DNA from: a virus
Lineage: Duplodnaviria > Caudoviricetes
DNA: 42,232 bases
Virus record (IMG/VR): IMGVR_UViG_3300024996_000130
Coordinates: 1 to 42,232 of that record
Direction: 5' to 3' (one strand)
The notes beneath the pieces were generated by a model. That model was not told where the DNA came from. It saw only the letters and a program-made list of their open reading frames with translations, and did not search any database. Both the position numbers and the translations under genes were made by a program. Below are positions 8,368 to 15,179 of the stretch, one piece after another (within the stretch, counting starts at the first letter, position 1; every line of letters starts with the position of its first letter).

Positions 8368-9012
8368 TCAAATCTTCCCAGCGCGCCAAACAACGCGACC
8401 AATTATGAAAATGGCCTCCGCGTCAACTGGATACGGCGGATAATGCTCTTTGTCATCACTCAGCACGCGATACTGCGTCGTCGGACTGGGCAATATTTGT
8501 AGACGTTTCACCATTGTGCTTCGGCCGGACCAAAAACAGAAAATTCCGTGATCATTTAACGGTATATTGTCCGTCGAATTCACCAGGGCCGTGTCGCCTT
8601 CTCGAAGTGTGGGACGCATAGAATCGTCCGGCACCGTGATGGCGAGCAGGTGCCCGACTACGTCGTCTGCCAAATCGGCCAGCAAGGCGCGGGGCAAATG
8701 AAGCGGCGGCCGGGCCATATCCGGACCGGCCTCAATTCCGTGATCTTCGACCGAAATAGCCAATTGTCTTATCGCGGTGGCGTCCCGGCTTATCTTGGTC
8801 TCGCGTGGGTATTCGCCTAGCAGTTCTGGTAGCGACACGTTTGCGGTTTCGGCCAGTTTCCGAACCGTGCTCAAGGTCATGCTGTTGCTGCGATTGGAGA
8901 GATAACCGCGGAGAGTGCTCTCGCGAATCCCCGCCGCTTTCGTCCATGGCGCGACTTTCAACCCTCGCTTTCGCATGAAAGCGCGGATGGCTTCTCGATC
9001 ATCAATCTTCAT
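8368..9012 (-). CDS. cI: CI-like repressor (XRE HTH + S24 peptidase)
   Basis: HTH WTKAAGIRESTLRGYL; Ala-Gly (IEAGP); DSMRP Ser and VKRL Lys; divergent from cro. Confidence 0.92.
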   Translation of the reverse strand: MKIDDREAIRAFMRKRGLKVAPWTKAAGIRESTLRGYLSNRSNSMTLSTVRKLAETANVSLPELLGEYPRETKISRDATAIRQLAISVEDHGIEAGPDMARPPLHLPRALLADLADDVVGHLLAITVPDDSMRPTLREGDTALVNSTDNIPLNDHGIFCFWSGRSTMVKRLQILPSPTTQYRVLSDDKEHYPPYPVDAEAIFIIGRVVWRAGKI

Positions 9013-9031
9013 CCGCGGAACGTCGCCGACG

Positions 9032-9110
9032 CCGCGATATAACGCGAACGCGGTATTTTGCGTTTCACGTGAAACATTCTTTGACAATCGCGTTTTAATG
9101 CGATTAATGT
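9032..9110 (+). promoter_or_regulatory. OR3 (9032-9047), OR2 (9048-9063), OR1 (9088-9103) and PR promoter (-35 TTGACA 9081-9086)
   Basis: Three copies of CGCR-N6(AT-rich)-YGCG shared with OL; PR matches PL at 24/26 nt. Confidence 0.82.
9061..9076. promoter_or_regulatory. parS-like site CGTTTCACGTGAAACA
   Basis: Perfect 14-bp palindrome GTTTCACGTGAAAC; 15/16 match to bacterial parS consensus TGTTTCACGTGAAACA. Confidence 0.78.
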
Positions 9111-9116
9111 CGAACC

Positions 9117-9458
9117 ATGGATGCGACCATGACGCCCGAAGAAACCGAGATTTCCGGTCTTTTTACCGATAGCGCTCTGCGTCGGGTGACCGATGCGGTC
9201 TCGCGCCATGGCAAATCGCGTGTGGCGGCAGTGGCGGGCATCGGGGAATCCAGCATTCGTCAGGCCGGGCGGCCTGGCTGGAACCCTACCAGCGGTGTCT
9301 TGCGCGCACTGGAAAACGCGGCGCTCGCGCTTTCGGAAAGGGCGAGCGGCACGGCGAGCGATGAGGGCGGCCAAGATCATGCCGCCCAACCTGCTCCCGC
9401 CCGCACCGCTCCGCATCCGGAATCGGCCCCGCAAATTCCGCACGGGAGCGAAGCATGA
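9117..9458 (+). CDS. cro: Cro-like HTH protein
   Basis: KSRVAAVAGIGESSIR...WNPT..VLRALE; first gene after PR. Confidence 0.78.
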   Translation: MDATMTPEETEISGLFTDSALRRVTDAVSRHGKSRVAAVAGIGESSIRQAGRPGWNPTSGVLRALENAALALSERASGTASDEGGQDHAAQPAPARTAPHPESAPQIPHGSEA

Positions 9459-9619
9459 ACGAGGTTATCCCGACAAAATGTCTTCCGACATCCGGCGGAT
9501 GGTTTCAGCGGGAGATAGCGCTGATTCTCCGTGATCTTCCGTTTCTCGAAGAGCGTCTGCAAACACGTCCTGAATCTGCGCCTCTGTCAAAATCCCACGC
9601 CGATGGAGTGTCCGAATGA
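9455..9619 (+). CDS. 54-aa ORF coupled to cro (absent from ORF track)
   Basis: GGGAG SD; ATGA overlaps at both ends; manual translation has no stop. Confidence 0.45.
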   Translation: MNEVIPTKCLPTSGGWFQREIALILRDLPFLEERLQTRPESAPLSKSHADGVSE

Positions 9620-9707
9620 GCGCGCGGGTCAGCAATGCGTCGGCCAATCCATATCGCAGGGCTTCGAATCCCAGGCGAGCGTTGTCTTCCGGTGTTATGG
9701 CGTCCAT
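9465..9707 (-). CDS. Antisense 80-aa helical protein
   Basis: GAAGGAG SD before ATG 9707; ALIRTLHRRGILTEAQIQDVFADA amphipathic pattern. Confidence 0.65.
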   Translation of the reverse strand: MDAITPEDNARLGFEALRYGLADALLTRALIRTLHRRGILTEAQIQDVFADALRETEDHGESALSPAETIRRMSEDILSG

Positions 9708-9801
9708 TGGCTGTGCTCCTTCGGTTGTCTTTGGCGATTCAACCGTAGCCCGGCCGGAGGGTGGCGTCACGCCATCCTCCGGCGTCGGGGGCGGATCATG
9801 A
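9616..9801 (+). CDS. 61-aa low-complexity ORF in coupled chain
   Basis: GGAG SD; ATGA overlaps at both ends. Confidence 0.4.
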   Translation: MSARVSNASANPYRRASNPRRALSSGVMASIGCAPSVVFGDSTVARPEGGVTPSSGVGGGS

Positions 9802-10355
9802 GCGTTGCGGTTTACACCTTCTTCTTCGCCGCAGCGGCAGTCGCATTTGCTGTCGGAATGTGGGCGGCGCGGTTGGCTGCGGTCCGCTATCGCGGGTGCG
9901 AATGGTCAGAATTTGACCGGCTCGCCACCTGCATGGCCGCGCAAAGGCGGGCTGAAATGATGTCTCGTCCGTCTCACATCCGGTTTGTGCCGGGAGATGG
10001 CTTCGATCTGCTTCGGGAGTCCGCGAAAAGCATTGGAAAGCTGAAAGCCGATGCGGCCCTAATCAAAGCCGCGAAGGATGTCTTCCTTCGCCTCCTGGAT
10101 GGCATCGGGGATCGGATTGTCCTGGGTGACATTGTTACCGCACCCGGCGCAGATGAAGTCGAATACGCGATTCACCTCCAGTTCAGCGCCGACGAAAAAC
10201 TTTTCCTGACCGCATTGCGGGCAGGGGACACCAAATCTCTTCACCATGTGATTGGCCTTTTGTCTGTTGGTCTCGCAGCCGCAGACGAACAGGGCGCGGT
10301 GTTATCCGTCAAGGGTTGCGCCGCGCCCGCCGGTCAACAGGCGGGGTGCGCATGA
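9798..10355 (+). CDS. Hypothetical protein with N-terminal TM helix
   Basis: GGGGG SD; ATGA overlaps at both ends. Confidence 0.5.
   Translation: MSVAVYTFFFAAAAVAFAVGMWAARLAAVRYRGCEWSEFDRLATCMAAQRRAEMMSRPSHIRFVPGDGFDLLRESAKSIGKLKADAALIKAAKDVFLRLLDGIGDRIVLGDIVTAPGADEVEYAIHLQFSADEKLFLTALRAGDTKSLHHVIGLLSVGLAAADEQGAVLSVKGCAAPAGQQAGCA
10059..10247 (-). CDS. Antisense 62-aa zinc-ribbon protein
   Basis: CPQC...CAGC followed by amphipathic helix. Confidence 0.55.
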   Translation of the reverse strand: MVKRFGVPCPQCGQEKFFVGAELEVNRVFDFICAGCGNNVTQDNPIPDAIQEAKEDILRGFD

Positions 10356-10831
10356 CGCGGTCGTTCTACAAGCGCCGCACGCGCGGCACGATCAAGGAAG
10401 CGGAAGCCGGTCTGGTGGCGGCCTGTGGCGGGCTGAAGCAAGCCGCGACCGCCTCGCGTCTGGCCAAGACGGTGTTGGCACAATGCACCGATGACGATCA
10501 TGCCACCCGTCACCTGCCGGTGGACGTGGTGGCGGATCTGGAACGGGCATCGGGTGATCCTGTCGTTACCCGTTATCTCGCCGCGCTCAGCGGTCATCTT
10601 CTGGTGCCCGTGCGCGGCGTATCGCGTGAACCCTATCCGTTGGTTCTCGCCAGCGTCACCAAGGAAACGGGTGAACTGCTGGGGGCGGCCGGTGCCGCGC
10701 TGCGCGAAGGACGGCTGAGCCCCGCCCAGGCGCACGTCGTCAAGCGCGAAGCGCTGGATGTGGCGGCGGCGCTGGCGGAAATGCTGGCGGATTGCGATGC
10801 GATCATCGCGGCCGGGGATGGTGAGCCATGA
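10352..10831 (+). CDS. CII-like phage regulatory protein
   Basis: LVAACGG...HLPVDVVADLE..SGDPVVTRYLA...GHLLVP, then helical hairpin; position downstream of cro. Confidence 0.72.
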   Translation: MTRSFYKRRTRGTIKEAEAGLVAACGGLKQAATASRLAKTVLAQCTDDDHATRHLPVDVVADLERASGDPVVTRYLAALSGHLLVPVRGVSREPYPLVLASVTKETGELLGAAGAALREGRLSPAQAHVVKREALDVAAALAEMLADCDAIIAAGDGEP

Positions 10832-11103
10832 CCGCCATCACCAATCCCGCCGACGCCAAAAAGGCTGGCGAAGAGGCTTTGAACAGGGCGGCGCTGATCC
10901 TGGCCAAACACGCGATCGCGGCGTGTGGTGCGGCGGCAAAGGAAGACAAGCTTTCGTTTAACGGACATCTGCGCTGTCAGGCGGAAGCTTTTCGCCGGGC
11001 GGCAGTGAAGCTGGATGAGGCGGCCCTGATCGCCGTTGTCACGCCGCCGAAGTCGGGCACCGTTAAGTCGGACTCCGCCCAATCTGATGAGGCGGCGCCA
11101 TGA
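10828..11103 (+). CDS. Hypothetical protein
   Basis: ATGA-coupled both sides. Confidence 0.65.
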   Translation: MTAITNPADAKKAGEEALNRAALILAKHAIAACGAAAKEDKLSFNGHLRCQAEAFRRAAVKLDEAALIAVVTPPKSGTVKSDSAQSDEAAP

Positions 11104-11453
11104 AGCGTGGCCGCATGTCCCCCCGCACGATGCTGATTGTCGAATTGCGCAGCGCGGCGCAGCAGATCGCCAGTCCGCAATTCCGGCAGGCCGCGGCGAT
11201 GAGTGCCGCGAAAATCCCCATCACGCGGGCCGAACGGTTCAACCGCGGCGCCTATGGCCGGCTTGCCCGCGCGGCGCGGGCCACACTGGTGGGGCTTCAT
11301 ACCCTTGATCCGGCGGAACATGCCGCAACCGCGCAATTGCTACGGGATTTTGCCGATGCGTTGGCCACACCGCGACATCAGGTGCGGATTTCGGAATCGG
11401 TTCTGGGTGGCCGCGAATTTCCGCGTGGCAGCAAACGGGTAGGGGCAGCATGA
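11100..11453 (+). CDS. Hypothetical protein
   Basis: GAGG SD; ATGA-coupled both sides. Confidence 0.65.
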   Translation: MKRGRMSPRTMLIVELRSAAQQIASPQFRQAAAMSAAKIPITRAERFNRGAYGRLARAARATLVGLHTLDPAEHAATAQLLRDFADALATPRHQVRISESVLGGREFPRGSKRVGAA

Positions 11454-12238
11454 CGAACGTGCCGGTATCGATCTGGACCGATCAAATGGTCGAGAAGGTC
11501 AGAACATTATGGATATCCGGTGTCAGCGCCGCGCGCATTGCGCAGACAGTGGGCCACGGTCTCACGCGCAACGCGGTCATCAGCAAAATGCACCGCATGC
11601 ACACGCTGGGTGCGATTCCCGAGCGGGACTACAAGCGTGCCGCGCGGTCCAGCATGCTCGCGCTCCGCGGTCGGGTCGTACAGTTTCATGAGACAGGCGG
11701 CTGGACGGACGCGCGGCTGGCGCGGCTGAAAAAACTTTGGATATCCGGTTGTGCCATCCCTGACATCGCGGTCGAGATTGGTGGCGGTTTGTCCGAAGTT
11801 GCCTGTTCAAAGAGAATAACCAGGCTGCGCGCTGCGGGTGAATTGACGTCGGAAGATATGCATGCGCGCGAACATGCGCGCGCGGCGCGCAGAGCGTTCG
11901 CCAGGGCACAGAAGCCAGTGGCGGACATGGCGCGTGCATCGACCGCAGCGAAGTCGGCAATGACCATTGCGGTTGCGCCAGTGCTTCGGGAACCCGAACC
12001 CGCGCGCATCAACGATCATTTTGTGCGCCCGGTGGATCTGGAACGCGGGCAATGCAAATGGCCGATCGGGGAGGTGGGCGATCCCGATTTCCACCATTGC
12101 GCCAACCCGATTCATAGGGACGGCAAGCCGTATTGTGAGTTTCACACGCACATGGCGTTCACCACCGGTGCCGGCAAAGAGCGTGTCGATGCCGTCAATG
12201 CCGCGGCCCTGCGCACCTTTGCGCGCGTGGGCATGTAA
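11450..12238 (+). CDS. gcrA: GcrA-family regulator with two tandem N-terminal HTH domains
   Basis: WTDQMVE..LW..G.SA..IA...TRNAVISK.HR; second WTDARLARLKKLW..G...IA; C-terminal CKWPIGE...FHHC...PYCEFH. Confidence 0.9.
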   Translation: MTNVPVSIWTDQMVEKVRTLWISGVSAARIAQTVGHGLTRNAVISKMHRMHTLGAIPERDYKRAARSSMLALRGRVVQFHETGGWTDARLARLKKLWISGCAIPDIAVEIGGGLSEVACSKRITRLRAAGELTSEDMHAREHARAARRAFARAQKPVADMARASTAAKSAMTIAVAPVLREPEPARINDHFVRPVDLERGQCKWPIGEVGDPDFHHCANPIHRDGKPYCEFHTHMAFTTGAGKERVDAVNAAALRTFARVGM

Positions 12239-13689
12239 TGGGCGATATCACCGTGCTCAACGCCGATTGCCGCGAAGCGATAAAAGACATCGCGGACAAC
12301 AGTGTCGACGCATGCGTGACCGATCCGCCTTACGCACTCGTCTCCATCGGCAAGCGTTTCGGAAAAGATGGTGCCGCACCGGCCAAGGATCGCGACGGGC
12401 TCTATAAGCGTGCCTCCGCGGGGTTCATGGGCCAGAAATGGGATACCGGCGAAACCGCCTTCGATCCGGCGTTCTGGCGCGAGGTTTATCGCGTGCTGAA
12501 ACCCGGTGCGCATGTGGTGGCGTTTTCCGGCACCCGCACCTATCACCGAATGGCGTGTGCGATCGAGGATGCGGGCTTTGAAATCCGCGATGCGCTGGTC
12601 GATCTGGTGCAAGGCGACACGGCGGTGGTGCAGTTCATGGCCACGCTGTGCGATGTGCAGGCGGAAGCCTGGGCGCGCTGTCTCGAAGAAAGCGGCTTCG
12701 GCGGCATGCTGGCGTGGATTTACGGCAGCGGTTTTCCGAAGTCGCACGACATCAGCAAGGCGCTCGACAAGATGGCAGGCGCAGAACGTCGTGTGGTTGC
12801 GGAAGGTGCGCCGGTCAAACGGATGATTCCGGGTGCCGATCAGCACAAGGGTGGCTGGGAAAAGAACGACGGTCGCGTCTTCGTGCCAACGGAAACCGCG
12901 CCAGCAACGGATGAAGCGGTTTATTGGGATGGGTGGGGCACGGCTCTCAAGCCTGCGCTGGAGCCGATTTGTTTCGCGCGCAAGCCGATCACGGAATCCT
13001 CGATAGCGCGCAATGTATTGAAACATGGCACGGGTGCGCTGAATATCGATGGGTGCCGGATCGAATCCGAATGCGAAACCGGCTGGAGCGGTGCCGCTGC
13101 CGGTGGGCATAGCTGGGATGACTCCAATAGCGGGCTTTGCAAAGATGGCGCCGCTCGCCCGGTTGACGGCCGCTGGCCTGCCAATGTTGTTCATGACGGC
13201 AGTGATGAAGTGTTGGCAGCGTTTCCGGCGGTCGGGAATTCTCATCCACCCGACAATGCGGGCGGTATGCGTTCGAACCATGTCTTCGGCGCCGACCGTA
13301 ATCCGCGCAGCTTTCATCCAGGCTTTGGTGATTCCGGCTCCGCCGCCCGTTTCTTCTATTCCGCCAAGGCCGATGCGGAAGATCGGCTGGGCTCGAAACA
13401 TCCCACGGTCAAACCCATCCAATTGATGCGCTGGCTGGTGCGGCTGATCACACCGCCGGGCGGTCTGGTGCTCGATCCCTTCGCGGGCAGCGGCACCACT
13501 GGCGTGGCCGCGCTGGCCGAAGGCATGCGCGCGGTTCTGATCGAGCGTGATCCCACCTTTGCCGAAGACATCCGCATTCGCGCGCGCCACGCAAGCGGGC
13601 AAGCCGGTCATTCGGCCCAGATCAAACAACGCAATCGCGAGGCGCGCGGTGACATGCCGCTGTTCGCAAATCAGGAGGCAGGAGGATGA
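12238..13689 (+). CDS. Beta-class N6-adenine/N4-cytosine DNA methyltransferase
   Basis: VTDPPY, YGSGFPK, HPTVKP, VLDPFAGSGTTG (catalytic motif before SAM motif). Confidence 0.93.
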   Translation: MGDITVLNADCREAIKDIADNSVDACVTDPPYALVSIGKRFGKDGAAPAKDRDGLYKRASAGFMGQKWDTGETAFDPAFWREVYRVLKPGAHVVAFSGTRTYHRMACAIEDAGFEIRDALVDLVQGDTAVVQFMATLCDVQAEAWARCLEESGFGGMLAWIYGSGFPKSHDISKALDKMAGAERRVVAEGAPVKRMIPGADQHKGGWEKNDGRVFVPTETAPATDEAVYWDGWGTALKPALEPICFARKPITESSIARNVLKHGTGALNIDGCRIESECETGWSGAAAGGHSWDDSNSGLCKDGAARPVDGRWPANVVHDGSDEVLAAFPAVGNSHPPDNAGGMRSNHVFGADRNPRSFHPGFGDSGSAARFFYSAKADAEDRLGSKHPTVKPIQLMRWLVRLITPPGGLVLDPFAGSGTTGVAALAEGMRAVLIERDPTFAEDIRIRARHASGQAGHSAQIKQRNREARGDMPLFANQEAGG

Positions 13690-14072
13690 GGACCATGGAA
13701 TCCACGATCGAACACCCGGAGGCGGAAATTCAGCCGCCGCATACGAACGTGCCGAAGAGCTTCAACACATTCCTGTTGGAGCAGGGGGGCGGCACTGTTC
13801 ACGCCGAACTGAGCGAGAAGCTTCGCGATCTGGTCGAAGCCATCGAAATGAACTTCAACCGCTTTCCCGGCAAGACGGTTGGCGAGCTTCATCTGAAGAT
13901 GAAGATCACGCTTGACCGCGGCGCATACAAGGTCACCACCGAATATTCGGCCAAGGCGCCGAAAGCGCCGACCAACGATCAGATCATGTATCTGGGCGGT
14001 GACGGCAATCTGCAAACCACCAATCCGCGGCAATTGACGATGTTCGGTGAGAAACCGCGCGTCGTCGTCTGA
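13686..14072 (+). CDS. YfdP-like prophage protein (typical DUF2303 neighbour)
   Basis: ELSEKLRDLV...GELHLKMKI...DGNLQTTNPRQLTMF. Confidence 0.72.
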   Translation: MRTMESTIEHPEAEIQPPHTNVPKSFNTFLLEQGGGTVHAELSEKLRDLVEAIEMNFNRFPGKTVGELHLKMKITLDRGAYKVTTEYSAKAPKAPTNDQIMYLGGDGNLQTTNPRQLTMFGEKPRVVV

Positions 14073-14170
14073 TCTTTTCGTCACCGCCTTCGCGCGCGGG
14101 GCGGATGGCGCAAATTGGGCGCGCACAATTGGCGCCGGGGCATGCGGCCCTGGGCCATCAGGAGAGCATT

Positions 14171-15121
14171 ATGGAAACAGACGCAAAATCCAACACGGTG
14201 GAGGCGGTGGCCGCCCTGGCGCGCAAGGCGCTGGGCACCGAAGTCAATACGATCAACCGGCAGCGTGACGGCGATGTGCCGTTCATCGTGATTGACAATG
14301 GCCGCAAGGTGCAGCCGGCCGCCGATCTGATCGAGGCTTACGAGCGCACACAAAGCGCGCCGTTCCGCCGCCGCGGCACGTACAGGGCGGCCGATGTCAA
14401 AAGCCTGCTGGCGTGGATGGGATCGGAATGTGCGGAGAACGCCCCGGTCTTCGCGGAAGGGGCGGAGAATCTGGCCGAACAATGGGCCAAACCCAAGCTG
14501 GCTTTGGTCGGCATCGGCAATTATTCGGCCGGTTCGGCGCCATCATGGCATGACTTCAATGCCCGCTATGAATTTCCAGTGACCATGGCCTGGCGCCGCT
14601 GGGTGGAGAAGAACCGCGAATTCATGGATCAGGCCGAATTCGCAGAGTTTGTCGAGGAACATCTTTACGAATTCAACGAACCGGTGCGTGGTGAAGTGCT
14701 GAGCGAAGCGGTGACCCAGATGATCGAGGCGCTGGGCGGCACCAAAACGGTGGCGAATCCCGGCAAAATCTACGATCTGGCGCGCGGCATTAAGATTACC
14801 GTTTCGGAAAAGGTCGAAGTGGCGCTCGATCGTTCCACCGGAGAGCAGACTCTGCGATTCAGCGAAGAGCATACGGGCGCTTCCGGCCGTCCGGTTTCGG
14901 TGCCGAAATTCTTCTACATCCGCATACCGATCTTCTTCGGAGAAGAACCGCAATTGATCGGCGCGTTGCTGCGCTATCGCAATGCGGGCGGCGGCAAGGT
15001 GGTTTGGTCTTATGATTTGGTGGCGCCCGATCTGGTGATGAAGGATGCGTTTGATCGCGCCTGCCAGATCGTCACCAAGACAGGACGCACGCTCTATCTG
15101 GGCACACCCGACACGCCGTAA
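14171..15121 (+). CDS. DUF2303 (YfdQ-like) protein
   Basis: GGAG SD; PFRRRGT, MDQAEFAEFVEEH, VPKFFYIRIPIF, LRYR. Confidence 0.85.
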   Translation: METDAKSNTVEAVAALARKALGTEVNTINRQRDGDVPFIVIDNGRKVQPAADLIEAYERTQSAPFRRRGTYRAADVKSLLAWMGSECAENAPVFAEGAENLAEQWAKPKLALVGIGNYSAGSAPSWHDFNARYEFPVTMAWRRWVEKNREFMDQAEFAEFVEEHLYEFNEPVRGEVLSEAVTQMIEALGGTKTVANPGKIYDLARGIKITVSEKVEVALDRSTGEQTLRFSEEHTGASGRPVSVPKFFYIRIPIFFGEEPQLIGALLRYRNAGGGKVVWSYDLVAPDLVMKDAFDRACQIVTKTGRTLYLGTPDTP

Positions 15122-15133
15122 TCGGCATCACCG

Positions 15134-15160
15134 CACGCGGGGTCCGGCCCGCGTGTCATT
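15134..15160 (+). terminator. Possible terminator or processing hairpin
   Basis: CACGCGGG-6nt-CCCGCGTG followed by a weak T-rich tail. Confidence 0.4.
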
Positions 15161-15179
15161 ATTCGTAAGGGCTTGGGGC

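Noticed and set aside
9013-9087. N-terminal extension of cI to 9087 in the ORF track
   Set aside because: Runs through operators and the parS-like site; ATG 9012 fits the HTH start better.
9095-9107. TTAA-N5-TTAA as a CtrA box
   Set aside because: CtrA consensus spacing is N7; explained by operator and -10 sequence.
7700-9120. Alphaproteobacterial LexA box (GTTC-N7-GTTC) near PL or PR
   Set aside because: None found by eye around the promoters; CI has its own S24 autocleavage residues.
12142-13629. 495-aa minus-strand ORF, and similar long antisense ORFs at 21080-22321, 23529-25166, 25287-26630, 27448-28539, 28656-29828
   Set aside because: Shadow frames of motif-bearing plus-strand genes in high-GC DNA; no motifs or SD.
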